DNA from: Rhina ancylostomus
Taxonomy: Eukaryota
Reading direction: 5' to 3'
Assembly (NCBI GenBank): GCA_030265395.1
Contig: JARFYF010000001.1
Coordinates: 99,089,011 to 99,153,010 of the forward strand
DNA length: 64,000 bases
The notes under the pieces are model-generated. The model saw nothing but the letters and a program-made list of their open reading frames with translations. It was not told the DNA's origin and did no database searches. Of this stretch, positions 26,005 to 40,015 are shown one piece after another. Each line of letters begins with the position of its first letter. Positions within the stretch are counted from its first letter, which is position 1. The position numbers were made by a program, and so were the translations under genes.

Positions 26005-27434
26005 TGTTGTGTGAAAAGGTTCTTTTGGTCTTAAAGATGGAGGGCTCTGGACACAATCTTTGGATTTTAAAAGTAAGTTAATCACAAAGGTAAACATGAG
26101 GATAGAATGAATGGGAACAGATGCGCAGACACACACGCAGGAGACTGTGAACATGAGGAGGAATCACAATGAGGATGAGACACGCATGTACGTGCACGCA
26201 CACACACACACACACACACNNNNNNNNNNNNNNNNNNNNNNNNNNNNNNNNNNNNNNNNNNNNNNNNNNNNNNNNNNNNNNNNNNNNNNNNNNNNNNNNN
26301 NNNNNNNNNNNNNNNNNNNAACAAGAGGAACCAATTTGAAAACAGTGCTTTAAACCCTGCTTCACAAAGAAGGGGTTAAAATAATTCCTTATTGCATCAT
26401 TCCTGCTTGCTGCCTTGTGAATTGAGTTTTTCCAAGTTCAGTACAAACACCTGTCTCAGACAGAAGTAAAAATCTTGCCCTAATGTTCACCCAGACAGCC
26501 ACGTAATTTTAAATAAAAATTACACACAGTCTTAAAATGTCCAACGAAAACTGGCTTAAGGGACTGTGTAGAAAAGCAGTTTATTATTCCAGACATTATG
26601 GTTGGGGTTAGGGTATGGCTAATCAGGAGGTGAAGGCACGAGGAGAGAAAAAGGAAAATGTGAGTGCATTTGGAATGGGAACAAGACAAATGGCTTGGTG
26701 GTGTCGTGATTGTGTGTGATGTGCAGAGTGAACTGTTCAGAACAGCAGGGAGGCAGGAGGGGTGTAGGCTTCCAGTGAAGGATGGAGCGATGAACCCAGG
26801 TTTGCTCACTGTTGTGTGAAAAGGTTCTTTCAGTCTTAAGGATGGAGGGGTCTGGACACTATCTTGAGATTTTAAAAGTAGTTTAATCACAAAGCCAAAC
26901 AAGGGGACAGAATGAATGGGAACAGATGCACGCTCGCACACACAGGCAGGAGACTGCGAACAGCAGAGGAAGCACAGTGAGGAGGTGATACGCACACAAT
27001 ATAAGGTACATCTTCTCGAGGGATAAACAGGCCGGAATACCCTGTCCCAAACAAGCATTGGGTCTAACACTCCCTAGAATCTGACTAAGAGTCTCCCAAA
27101 TCACATGGTAGTGCACACTCTTACCAGTGGTCTCTGCAGCGTTGTTTCACTACTCCTGGGGCAGTCGAAAGAGGGAGGGCCAGGGGATTGCAACACTCTT
27201 TATAGTGCTGGGTGGAGCCTAGCCAGGTAATTTAGACAAGTGAATGGTCAGGCAGGTTCAGGAACAAACATGCTCTCCTAGACCAATCCCTATGCCCACA
27301 CCTGATGGGTGGGGGTGGAGCCACACCTTGATTGACTGTGGTGTCACTTCCAATCCGAGGAGCAATGCCATCCTCTGACCAGTGGGGGTCAGTGTTGTTA
27401 CGGTCATGTGACAGCCATGTGCTCTCATACTACA
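26005..27434 (-). mobile_element. Two related LTRs (26005 to the gap; 26810-27434), possibly one non-autonomous LTR element
   Basis: Both copies start tgttgtgtgaaaaggttcttt; the right copy ends ...tactaca; GTGAT flanks the pair on both sides (26000-04 and 27435-39). Confidence 0.65.
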
Positions 27435-28214
27435 GTGATTGACCTTTTATCAATTTGTTTTGGAAAGTATAGTTTGTGGTGGTTGTTGATTTGGGCAGGT
27501 TAAGTGTGATAATGTGTGGTGAATTAGAAATTTGAATAGGAGTTTTTTGTTATTGTGCTTAGATGGGTTCTTCATGCCCAGCCTGATCAAAAAGAGGTGG
27601 TCTAAGTTGCCTTGTTTTTAGGCATGTTAAGTGTAGCTCCTGATGTCCACATTTTGCATCACTTGGCAGAGCGTTGACACCCAAGCTGTCGAGTACTGTG
27701 GGGCTTTTCCTGAGCATTCAGGAGAACAAAAGTATTTAAGCACACAGTGGTCTGTTTTATCCAATGTGGTACAGCAGTAGGTTTTGCATCGTATGTTGTT
27801 TGTGCAATGAAGTCATTGATAGAAAACTTTTGTTGTACAGGGCCCATTTTTGGGCTTGCAGTGCTGGTTCATTGCACCTGGCGTAACTGCCAGAGAGTGA
27901 GGTTTGTGACTGCAGTCGGGATTACAGGCAGCACCTACAGGATATGCTGCCCTGTGTACGCCTGGTTGGCTGTTGAAGGAGTTGAGTTATGCTGTGGGAC
28001 AATGTCTAGGTGCAGTTTCTGCCAGATGTTTCATGTTCAGTCAATGGCACCTTCCACTGTAGGGAAGCCTGTTTTCCCAGAAAAAGCACCTGCTGTTTTT
28101 GTGTGGTGGTCACACGTAAGGGAAGGAATGTTGTTAACTGTCCCTGAACAGGTAGTCGATGATCTCTGGCACACATCTGCCAAGTGCATCTGTCAGATTT
28201 GCATTTACCCATCC

Positions 28215-28477
28215 CTCTCCATGCACTGGGATTTTCCCTGCAGCTGTATGAGGTGTGACAGCTGTGCCTTCACCTCCACCCTCACCACCATCCAGGGAAC
28301 TGAACAGCCCTTGCAGGTGAGGCAGAGGTTCACTTGCACCTCTTGTGGTGTTGCCTACTGCGTTCAGTGCTCATGATGTATAGCTGCTTCTGTGTCAGCG
28401 AAACCAAGAGTGGACGAGCTGACCTTCTCTGGAGCACCTGCACAGCCATCTCGAGCTTCTTGTTGCATGTCATTTTA
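28215..28477 (+). mobile_element. Penelope-like element, GIY-YIG endonuclease fragment (5' part)
   Basis: TTIQGTEQPLQVRQRFTCTSCGVAYCVQCS and VSETK match the Penelope FTC.S.NVVYCI.C..C...YIGET motif. Confidence 0.85.
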
Positions 28478-30710
28478 GAGTTGTACAGTATGGAAGAAGG
28501 CCCTTCAGCCCAACCAATCCATGCTGTCTGTCTGAGTTAATCCCAGTTGCCTGCCTTTGGCCCATATCCCTCCAAGCCTTCGCTACGCACGTACCTGTCA
28601 AAAAGTCTTTNNNNNNNNNNNNNNNNNNNNNNNNNNNNNNNNNNNNNNNNNNNNNNNNNNNNNNNNNNNNNNNNNNNNNNNNNNNNNNNNNNNNNNNNNN
28701 NNNNNNNNNNTATCCAACTCTACCACTTTTTCTGGCAGGTTGTTCCATGTACGGACCACCCTCTGTGTGAAAATGTTTCCCCACGTGTCCCTTTTGAATC
28801 TTTCTCTGCTCACCTTAAACCTACGCCCTCCAGTTACACTCTCCTACCCTGGAGGAAAAGGACTGTGACCATCCACCTGATTCATAGTGCTCAGCCTCCT
28901 ACGCTGCAGCGAAGAAAGGCCCAGCCTATCCGGTCTCTCCTTATAACTCAAGCCCTGCAGTCCCGGTAACATCCTTGTGAACCTTTTCTGCTCCATTTCC
29001 AGCTTAATGACATCCTTCCTATAGCTGGATGACTAGAACCACACAGAACACTCTTTGTGAGGTCTCAACAATGACTTGTACTGTTGTAACACGATGTACC
29101 TAATCCTGTACTCAGTGCCCTGCCTGATGAAGGGGAGTGTGCCAAATATCTTCTTCACTAACCTGCCTACAGTGTTGCCACTTCCGACCTCTGTTCCACA
29201 ACACTCTCCAGGACCTTACCATTTACTGTGCAAGCTTTGCCCTGGTTTATCAAAATGCAACACTTCAGTTGTCCAAGTTAAACTCCATCTGCTGTTCCTT
29301 GGGCCACTTTGCCAGTTGATGTAGATTCTGTTGTAATCTTAGCTAGGCTTCACTGTGCACTACACCAACAAGTTTGGTGTCATCTGCAAACTTACTAACC
29401 ATGTTAACGAGATTGTTATCCAAATCATTTACAACATTGGATCCAGCCCCGATTCCTGTGGCACACCACTGGTCACAGGCCTCCAATTTGAAAAACAACT
29501 CTCCACTCCCACCCTCAGTCTCCTGCCATGAAGCCATCTTTGCATCCAATTGACTAGTTCACCCTGGATCCCACACGACCCAACTTTCTGGGTAAGGCTA
29601 CCTTACAGGACCTCGTCAAAGGCCTTGCTAAAGACCATGTAGACATCTACCACCCTTGCCTCTGTCAATCTTTGTTACCTATTCAAAAAAACTCAAACAA
29701 ATTAGTGAGGTATAAGTTCCCACATTCGAAGCCATACTGACTATCCTTTATCAGTCCTCGCTTATACAAAGGCTGGTAGATCCTGTCCATCAGAACTCTC
29801 TGCAGTAACTTTGCCTGCCACTGATGTTAGGTTCAAAGGCCCATAGTTGCCCTGCTTGTCCTTGCAGCCCTTAAAGACACAACATTAGCCACCTTCCTGT
29901 TCCCTGGCCCCTCACCATTCTAAAGATGATGCAAACATCTCTGGCAGTGCCACTTTAATTTTATTCCTTAGCTTTCCACAAAGTCTTAGGGATACACTTG
30001 ATGAGGCTCTGGGGAGTTAGGCACTCTAATGTGCCTTAGGATTGCCATCACCACCTCTGTTGTAATGTGGATGTGTTCCACTACATCTCTATTCATTTGC
30101 CTTAATTCCTTAGCTTCCACAACCTTCTCCACAGTAAGAATATTCCGTGAGAAATATTCACTTAACACTTTGCCCATTTCCTGTGGCTCCACACATTATT
30201 GGCCACATTGATCCTTAAGGGGACCTATTGTTTCCATAGTTATTCCTTTGCTCTTAATATACTTGTAGAATCTTTTAATATTATCCTTTACCTTGTATGC
30301 TAAAGCTATCCTGTGTCCTCTTTTTGCCTTCCTGATTTACCTCTGGTGTACTCCTACATCCTTTATACTCGTCAAGGGATTTGCTCGATCTCAGCTACGT
30401 AGATGCCGATTACTTTTTCCTAGCAATCGTCGACCAAGGTTTCCTAATCCCGTCAGCCTTGCCCTTCACTCGGACAGGAATATGCTGTTCCTGAACTCTC
30501 TCTATTTCACTTTTAAAAGCCTACTACTTAACAGGTGTCTGTTTAACAGACTCTCCCAGTCAGTCTTTGTAAGCTCCTGTCTAATGCCTTGAAAATTAGT
30601 ATTGTACTAATGTAGGACTGTAACTTGTGGACCAGTCCTATCTTTATCCTTAACTATTTTAAAACTAATAGAATTATGGTCACTGGTCCCAAATCACTCC
30701 CCCAGTGACA
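28478..30710 (-). mobile_element. CR1 LINE of about 2.2 kb, nested in the Penelope element
   Basis: SKFADDTKL, EPQEMGKVLSEYF and FTQRVVRTWNNLPEKVVE peptides; tail at 28478. Confidence 0.92.
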
Positions 30711-31215
30711 CACTCTCCTTCCCACTTTTCATTCTCATTCCCACTCCCACACTGACCTGTCTGTCCTCTTCCTTCTCTATTGCGATGGAGTGGCTAAACA
30801 CAAATTGGAAGAACAACTTGAGTAGCTTATAACCTAATGGCATGGATACTGAATTTTACAACTTCGGGTAACCCACACACACTGACCTGTGCACCTATGT
30901 TTCTCCTCCCCTTGTTCAGCATTACTGTCCCTTGCATCTCTCCTGCTCACGTTGCTGGTCTCCATCTGCCCATCATCCCCTTCCCATCTGGGTCCACCTA
31001 TAAACTACCAGCCTGTATCCTCCCACGACCCTCACCCCCTCCTTTGTACTGAAATACCAGCAATCTTTCCTCTTCCCTCTCAGTCCTGATGCAGCACCTC
31101 GACCTGAAGTGTTAATATAAACCTTTTGCCTCCACAAATGTTGCTTGACCTGCTAAGATCTTCCAGTGTTCTTTGTTTTGTTGCAGATTCCAGCATCTGC
31201 ACTCTCTTCTGTCTT
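30711..31215 (+). mobile_element. Penelope-like element, 3' part and terminal repeat
   Basis: HSHTDLSVL, AKHKLEEQ and SL.PNGMDTEFYNF peptides, followed by cagtcctgatg and ccacaaatgttgcttgacctgct terminal motifs. Confidence 0.8.
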
Positions 31216-31963
31216 TGTCTTGCATTTATCTCTAGCCTGGAAGTTGCAACATGAATAGAAATTCATTGCAGTGGTCTTACCAGCAGTGTTGTCAGTAACC
31301 CATTCTGCAGTTCCATTATGGTTGGAATGTGCGGCAGATTTCACTGAGCACATCCTTAATGAGTACAGGTGTCTTGATGATCTTTCAGGTTGTGGCTCTG
31401 TCCCTGAGCATCCTGAGCAGAAATGTCCTCCTGTGGATAGTTTTGAAGTCTCCCCTTTTCTAGCAGCTTATACTTGCAGCTTCAGTCATCATTCATTGCA
31501 AGCAGAGTCCTTCACTAATTCACTCATGTCCAGGAGCAACCCGTTTGTCCCAAAGCCATGGGTAATGTGAAAGATTCCTCAGCATCTCTTGCAGCAGTGC
31601 CTGAAGAGACTGCAATTTGAGGTAACTGAAAAGCACCAAACAATTGCATAGCTACATTAACCATCAGAAGAAATCAATCAGCCAATAAGTTGTAAGTAGT
31701 TGATGTTCTTTCCTGCAGGTGCATCAGGCACACACCAATGCAGTTGCAGCACAATTCAACCTCAAAAGTGTATGCACTACAGTCGCCAATTCACCACTCT
31801 ACAGGCATTTGTAGTACCCAAGAAACAGGCAACTGTTAGTTTGTGTTAAGTGCCCTGTTGTGGATTGTTGCAGTGATTAGTTCAGGAGATACTTCATTGC
31901 TCATCCTGCTCTTCTGATTTCTGGAACCCTGGAGAGGTTATTGAAATGTTTTGCCTATTTAAG

Positions 31964-31999
31964 GGGAACAAATAAAATTTTAAAGGCAAAGTTTTTAAG
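31964..31999 (+). CDS. SAM-domain gene, 36-nt exon GTNKILKAKFL(R)
   Basis: tttgcctatttaag acceptor and AAG|gtaaac donor; phase 2 to 2. Confidence 0.6.
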
Positions 32000-34419
32000 G
32001 TAAACTGAAATGAATGGTTAGCGTTTGCATTTAGAAACCAGTTATAAAATCTTGGCCACAGATGAAATAATAAGAGTTCACTTGCTACTCTAGCTGTCTT
32101 TGGAGGCTGTTAATGTGCCTACGAACATTGTTCAGTTGATACCATTTTTGATTCTGTCAAAGGGCTCTAGAGTAAAGCTCCATCGTGAATGTGCCAAAAA
32201 ACTAAATGGCTTGTATTTTAATGTCATCTTTCACATCCACAGTGTTCCTCAAGATGCAGAACCATTCAAATGAAGTTGAAGTGAAGGTGCAACAGATTCA
32301 AAAGCATTTTTTTTCATGCTCCGGAAATCATCTGTTGTGGAACTAATGCTATGGAGTCTTTAACATCCACATGAAACATTGAACAGGCACTGGGTCGAAC
32401 ATGTCACTTGGAAGTCAGCAATGATAAAAAATGCTGTGTCAATTTAGGTGTTGTCCTGAATTCTGTTGGAAGTTTCAGATTCTCGACCCAGTTTGCCTTG
32501 AGGTGACACACGAGACTGCAGATGTTGGAAACTGGAGCAAAAAAAAACAGCTGGATGAATTGACACACTGAGTTCCTCCAGTGGTTTGTTTTTGCCTCGA
32601 GGTAACTGCATGAGGTCACATGAACAACATAGATTTCCTGCTATCCGGATCGATATCACCAAGAACAGGTTATCCAGTTCCACATCTGGGTGATGATAGG
32701 TTTCTGTAAATTTCAGCTTGTCCAAAACTGCTGCCTGTATCCCAACTCACACCAATTTCTGTGTGTGGTGTGGGTGGTTGTGGGTATCAGACCTTAGAGG
32801 ATTACGTTGGCCTCAAACTGCATCACTGATTTATGACAACGATACTGACATCCCAGGGTTGAATTACACAGATGGCCTACATTAAAGATGTTATGTAAAT
32901 ATTAATAGTTATTTCCATAATGTTGTTACAGCATTTGCCTCTGTAAAGACGGTAACTGTGTATCAGTCACCCATTGCCAAGTGTTTAGTGATATCTAGAA
33001 AGCATGGAAAGTACAAAGTGATTTGGTTCCTCTGACAGAACATTTCCAATATTTAGATTTTTTTGTAGAGTCTTCTAGCATATAAAATATAATTTCATCC
33101 ATGTGTTTACTCCAGTAAGATCAACAGGTTATGTCTTTGTTGAGTCTATAATGATATTTTATATTTCATAAAATTATTGATGATCCTTGACCAAGAAGTT
33201 CATACAACATTAAAGCCATTTCTGTGTGTAACTTCCACATGCCTTTGTTCAGTTAGTGTTTACAACCTAATGATAGCAGAATATGAGTTTAATACCATAT
33301 CTAAAATTGGTAGTATCATTGTTCAAATTTAGTAATGTTGTTGATATTCTTTGAACTTAATTTTGCCCACAGCTTGTTGTACCTGATAAGAATGTTTAAA
33401 ATTCTCAAAATGCCACAGAAGACAAGGTAGTTTATCATAATATTAGTAAGAACGATGTTGTAAATCATTTGGTAGCTGTATCCTGTAATTGCAACTTAGA
33501 TACATTGAAATGTTATCCTTCTTGCATTGTCATATAATGAATCCTATAATGTGCTGGAGGTATTACTTATTTCTGAGAAATTGAGTTTTATTTGTCAATC
33601 ACCAGTGAACAAAACATATTTTAAAAGAAAAATGTTGTGGATGCTGAAAATCTGAAACAAAACTAGAAAGTCCAAGAAATACTCTACATATCAGGTAGCA
33701 TCTGCAGTGAGAGAGACATAATTAACAGTTTGGATTGATGACCTTTATTCAAAAGTATAAGACTTTCACTTATGTCGCGCATTTCATGTCTTCAACAAAA
33801 TACTGCAATGTCCTTTGCTGCCAATGAAGTAATCTTGAAGCATTGTCACTGATGTCACATAAACTCCAGTGGCAACTTATACACAGTTATCTCAAATAAG
33901 TAACAATGTGAAAATGACACATTAATGATGATAATTGAGGAATAAATATTGGTCTAAACACTAATGTTAACCCTGCTATTCATTTTGAAAATCTCAAAAT
34001 TTTGACTGTTAATTTAAACAACTGTTCTCTAAGGAAATGAGTTATGACTGCTGAACTATGAAGAATATGAACGGCCATTGACCTGAAATGCAAAATTTGC
34101 TTTTCTCTGCTCAGAAGTTTTGAATATTTTCTGTTTTTTACACCAAGATGCTATCACCGTCAATAAAAACACACTAGGTGCCAACTTTTAGGAATTTTCA
34201 TGAATGGAATTGTTACAGATATACCAAGCTGATTTAATATACAGTATATAAATTGGGTGGTACACATAATTCACCCCATGATAATAAAAATCTTGTATTT
34301 AAATCAGAATTGTTTATTGAGCAGCTTTATTAACATATTCTTTTAAAAAGTCAGAAGCTTTGCTCTTTATTTGATTTAACATTACATTTTTTAATGTGTA
34401 TGCTTTCATTTGTTTTCAG

Positions 34420-34477
34420 GTATTATGGAGAAAGACCTTCAATGATGACAATATTTCTGAAGAAATTGGGATATGAG
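34420..34477 (+). CDS. SAM-domain gene exon, YYGERPSMMTIFLKKLGYE (SAM helix 1)
   Basis: tttcatttgttttcag acceptor and GAG|gtaatt donor; FLKKLGYE is a typical SAM start. Confidence 0.9.
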
Positions 34478-34689
34478 GTAATTGTTGCTCCAGGATAAAT
34501 ATTGTTAACGGTTGATGAATTGTATGTAGTTTCCTAAGGGTATAGTAGATTAAAATAAACTTGGAAATACTGTGATGAGGTGGCAACCTACAGAACGTGA
34601 GGATGAATAGTTGACTTGCTTGAGATGTTTTTAACTATTCATTTCTCAATCACTGTCATTGTCATATTTATCATGTTTCTTTTCTGGGT

Positions 34690-36400
34690 CAGGGCCTGGA
34701 TAAGGGGGATTTATCCACCTTAGTGCAGTTTAAGGCCTTCCTGCTAATTCGTATGTGGTTCAAGACACCACTCATTTCCTCCATTTCCTTAACTTCCATC
34801 GTTTTCTGCACAGTAAACACTGAAGAGAAATATTCATTAAAAAATCTCACTCATTTCTTCTGGTTCCACACACAGCCACCGTTTTATTCTTAATATACCT
34901 TTGGGATTTTGCCTCACCTTGCCTGCCAGATCCTTCTCATATCCTCTTGTTGCCCTCCTAACTTCTCCTACATTTCTTGTAATCATCAAGTGATTCACTA
35001 GTTCACAATTATTTACGTACTGTCTATGCCGCCCTCTTTTTCTCAACCTGAACCTCAATATCTCTCATCAACCAGAGTTCCCGAAACCTTCCAGCCTTGC
35101 CCTTCACCCTAACAGGAACATGCAGGCCCTGAACTCTTGACATCACACCTTTAAAGGCCTCCCACTTGGCAGACACTCCTTTCCCTGCAAACAATCTCAC
35201 CCAAAGAACCTCTGCAAGATCCTGCCTAATGGTCCCAAAATTTGCTCTGCCTCAGTTCAGGACCCTAACCTGTGAACCAGACAGTATCCTCCTCCATTAC
35301 TATTTTAAAACTAATAGAATTATGGTCACTGAACTCAAAGTGCTCGCTGACAGATACTTCCACTGCTTGGCCTATCTCATTTCCTAGGAGGAGGTTCAGT
35401 GTTGCACCCTCTCTGGTAGTTCCCTCTATATATTAATAAAGGAAGCTTTCTTGGACACATTTCAGAAATTCCACACCATCCAAGCCTTTTAACTATGGTT
35501 GACCCAGTCAATATTAGGGAAGTTAAAATCTCCCACTAATACTATCCTATTATGTTTGCAACTTGCTGCAATCTCTCTACATATCTGCTCCTCCAATTCC
35601 TGCTGACTATTGGGGGGTGGGGGTGGGGCTCACAATACCATCTGATCAGAGTGACCATCTCCTTCTTGTTTTAAAATTCTGCCCATACAGCTTCCCCAGA
35701 TGATCCCTTAAGAATATCCTCTCTAATGACATGCTTCATCAAGAAGGCAACTCNNNNNNNNNNNNNNNNNNNNNNNNNNNNNNNNNNNNNNNNNNNNNNN
35801 NNNNNNNNNNNNNNNNNNNNNNNNNNNNNNNNNNNNNNNNNNNNNNNNNNNNNNNNNNNNNNNNNNNNNNNNNNNNNNNNNNNNNNNNNNNNNNNNNNNN
35901 NNNNNNNNNNNNNNNNNNNNNNNNNNNNNNNNNNNNNNNNNNNNNNNNNNNNNNNNNNNNNNNNNNNNNNNNNGTGCTCCTGTTTATCCTGATGACTAAA
36001 TTTGCTTTAATTGGCTACGGTATTATCCCCTGATTTCTCACCAGCCACTCTATTGCTCAGGGCTCCAACCCCCTACAACTCTAGTTTAAACCCTCCTGAG
36101 TAGCACGAGCAAATCTCCCAGCCAGGGTATCGGTTCCCCACCAGTTCAGGTGATACCCATCTCTCTTGTACAGGTCACTCCTACCCCAAAAGAGATTCAT
36201 ATGATCCAAGAACATGAATCCTTGCCCCCCTGTTCAGGTTCCTCAGCCATGCATTCATCTGCCTTTTTATTTTACCCTCACTAGGCACTGGTAGTAATAC
36301 AGAGATTACTACCCTTGGGGTCCTGCTTTTCAGGTTCTCTCTCTAAGTCCCTAAATTCACTGCACAGGACCTCATCCTCTTTCTACCTCTGTCAGTAATG
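34690..36400 (-). mobile_element. CR1 LINE 5'/endonuclease region, degenerate
   Basis: YEKDLAGKVRQNPK and LCVEPEEMSEIF peptides; similar to 30000-30700; includes an N gap. Confidence 0.85.
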
Positions 36401-36729
36401 ACAGTTCAAAAGTGCTTCATTATCTGTATTTTTATGAGTAACAAGTCATCAAATAATATGAGGAAGGACATACTTATTTCTCACGTGTGTCATTTCCCTT
36501 GGAGTGAGAATGGTTCTTCCTGATGTCAAATCCTTCTACTGTGTAGTTGTAACTGTAATTAGGAGATTGGGATAGCTGAGGGGGCTTGCACGACAAAGGC
36601 AGCTGCTGAACCAGCTTGTTAGTTCTTGTGAACTTCGTAATGAACTGTGGATGAGTTGCAGTGTTAAAGTATTTGCGCATTGCTGGAGCGATAATTGGAT
36701 GTTGCTATAGATGGACGTAGAGTAATCCA

Positions 36730-38175
36730 GCATGGATACTGACCTTTCAGCCCAACTCATCCCTGCTGACTTAAATGTGCACCAGAGATAGTCCCATTTG
36801 GCCAATATCCCTCTAAACCTTTCCTAACAATGTACCTGTTCAAATGTCTTTTAAACGTTGTTATTGTACCTGCCTGAAACTCTTCCTCAGGCAGACTAGT
36901 GCATATATGGACCACCCTCTGGGTGAAGAAGTTGGCCCTCGGGTCCCTTTTAAATCTTTCCCATCTCACCTTAAGCCTATGCCCTCTAGTTTTTGGTTCC
37001 CTTTCTCTGGGAAAACATCTGTGTGCATTCACCATATCTATGCCCCTCATGGTTTTATAAACCTCTATAAAGTCACCCTTCAACCTCCTATGCTCCCAGA
37101 AATCAAGTCCCAGATGGCCTGGCCTCTCCTTATAACTCAGGCCCTTGCATCCTGGCAACAGTCTTGTAAATCGCTTGTGCATTCTTTCGAGGTTAACGTT
37201 CTCTTCACTATATCAGGGTGATTAAAACTGTACACAACACTCCCAGTTTGGTCTCATTAACGTCTTGTACTACTGCAACATACCATTTCAATTCCTGTGC
37301 TCAGTGTTCTGACTGATGAAGGCCAGTGTACCCAAACACCTTCACCTCTCTGTCCACCTGTGATGCCACACTCAGGGAAATATGCACTTGTACTCCAAGG
37401 TCTGTCTGTTTCACCACACTCCTGAGGGCCCTGCCATTTACTGTGGAAGTTCTACTCTGGTTTACCTTCCCAAACTCTCAGATGTTGCATTTATCTGAAT
37501 TGAATGGCATTTGTTATTTCTTGGTCCAATCCCCTAACTGATCAAGATCCCCTTGTAAATTTTGATGACCTTGTTTACTGTCTAAGAAAGTACTTATTTT
37601 ACTGTCATTTGCAAATATACTAATCATGCCTTATACATTCTCGTCAAAATGGTTTATATAAATGGTGGCTAACAACTTGCCCAGCAGCAATTCTTGTGGC
37701 ACACTATGAATAACAGGTCTCCTGTCCAAGAAATGACTTTCCACCATCACCCTCTGCTTTCTACCATCAAGCCAATTATGTATCCACTGAACTTAGCTCT
37801 CCCTGGATCCCATGCAATCTAACCTTCCAGAGTGGTGTTCCATGTGGGACCTGTCAAAGCATTGCTGAAGTCCACGTGGATAATGTCCACCACCCTGACC
37901 TCATCGATCCTCTCGGTTACCTCTTTGAAAAACTTGTAACAGATTGGTGAGCCACAATTTCCCATGTACAAAGCCGTGCTATCCCCCAAATCTTCCTTGT
38001 CAATCCAAATGCTGGTAGATCCTGTCCTTCAGAATCATGTTGAGCAACTTGCCCACCACTGATATCAGGCTGAGTGTCCGGTAGCTCCCTGGCTGTTCTT
38101 TGCTGCCCTTTTTAAGTAACGGTACAACATTAGCCACCTCTGGAATTTCACCAGTTGCTGAAGAGATGCAAGGAT
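36730..38175 (-). mobile_element. CR1 LINE RT and 3' end
   Basis: HKRFTRLLPGCKGLSYKER...KTRGHRLKVRWERFKRD..ANFFTQRVV. Confidence 0.92.
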
Positions 38176-38859
38176 CTCTGTGATTGCTTTCCTGTGTTAA
38201 GTAGTGTTCATTGTTCTCCTCTATTGAAGAATGATAGATAAATAGTCATTCCCAAAGAGACAGCATTACTCTTACAGCCTATTTTTCTATGCACTCACTA
38301 TTAACAGCAAAAAAGTAAGTAGCAATGAGTAGGTTTTTGGTGGGTAAGAGGTGCTTGCTTACATGGGCAATGACACCTTCAATTATTTTGGAGATGAATG
38401 AAAATTAACCTGTGCAAAGGTTATTAACTGGATTGGATTTGTCCCTTTTGTGGGTAAGCCAAGGACTGACACACTTATCCAAAGGTGGGTAGATGTTACT
38501 TTTGCTGAAGGCACGAATAGATCTGAAGCAAGGTGTCCAGTATGATGACTTGGATGTTGTCTGGGCCCATGGTTTTGTTCAGTACTTAGTACTATAGTGT
38601 GGAATGAACTGAACGATTAGATTCTATGATGGAAGAAGTCTCAAGAAGATTGCTGAGATGGAGCATGCTATGAGCACTTGAGGTGGGTGCAGGTTGCAGA
38701 TGCTTTGGCATGGCCCCTTGATGGGCTCTACTGTGGTTGAGGATAGGGGTGTTCCTGGAGCTTCCTCCAATTGTCACCTGTGATATATGTTCCATTAAGG
38801 TACAAAAACCCAACTGTAATAGTGGTTCATCTTTGGCTGACAGGAGAAATTAGAATTAG

Positions 38860-40015
38860 TATTGAGTGTAAGGAAGAGGCTAGTAAAGATTTCAGACAGA
38901 GCAGCATACCTAAGAATTGGGAGCATTTTAGAACTCAGCAAAGGAGAAGACTGAATATGAGAGTAAATTAGTGACAGACATAACAAAGTACTTTGCGAAA
39001 AGGAAAGGGCTTGCGCGGGCAGAAGTGACTGCCTGACTGACATAGCTGGGAGAAGTTATAACAGGGAATCAGGAAATGGCTGAGGAATTAAGTTTGTGTC
39101 CATGTTGACAGGAGAAAACCCAAACATCCTGCTGGAATTACCAAAGTTGTAAGGGTCGAGGTGAGCTGAAGGTAAAGGAGTACTCGTGAAGTTGATGAGA
39201 TCAAAGCTGGAAACATGAAAGACCCAATGATGCATCTGCTGGAGTTCAGAAAGAGGTGTTTCTTGACAGAGTGAACATTACAGTTATCATCTTAAGTTAT
39301 TCACAAGTGTGATTGTGAATTGATGGGGAGCAGATGCAAGCCCACTATTTTAGAAAGGAAGCGATGGGGAAGAAATGGCCTTTTAACCTGAGGTTAGGGA
39401 TGGGGAAGGTGCTGGAGCCAATGGTCCAAGCTGGAAGAATAGTGCACTTCGAAAAGAATAATAGGAATAAGTAAAGTTGGTATGGATTTATGAAAGGAAA
39501 ATCTTGCTTAACTGATGTGCTGGAGTCCTTTCCAGATGGGCCATATAGAACGGATAAGGGGAACATGTGAATGTGAATTTTCAGGTGGCTTTTAATACGT
39601 ATGTTGGTCAACATGGCCAGAGTACACAAAATGGTGGTCGATGTGTTGTGAATGTGAAGTGTAGAATGAGAATTTGTAATGGTAGAGAAGGGAAGGAGTG
39701 CCAGGATGTGGTGAGTGGAGTTCCATGGGGTTTGGAGTTTGCACTCTGGACTCCAGGTATTTATGACGTACAGGTCTGATTTAGTTGAGGGGACCAAATC
39801 TCAAACTTTCAAGTTTGCAGATGATGCTAAATCAGGTGAGGTTGTAAAGAGGCTTCAGGGACGTGTAGATAAACTAAGTGAGCGTACAAGAATATGGGAG
39901 ATGCCATGCAAGATAGAGAAGTATGAAGTTATACACTTTGTTGTACTAATAGAACAGCAGTAGCTTGAATGCTGAGAGATGTTATTGATGTTCAAAGAGA
40001 CCTGGGTGTCCTTGA
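38860..40015 (+). mobile_element. Old CR1 LINE fragment
   Basis: YGFMKGKSCLT, VVSGVPWG and FKFADDAK remnants. Confidence 0.8.

Noticed and set aside
26480-27070. 196-aa minus-strand ORF
   Set aside because: Runs across LTR sequence, has no gag/pol motifs, and has low-complexity composition.
27747-28376. 209-aa ORF
   Set aside because: Only its 3' end is recognisable (Penelope GIY-YIG remnant); the rest is Cys/Val-rich chance translation.
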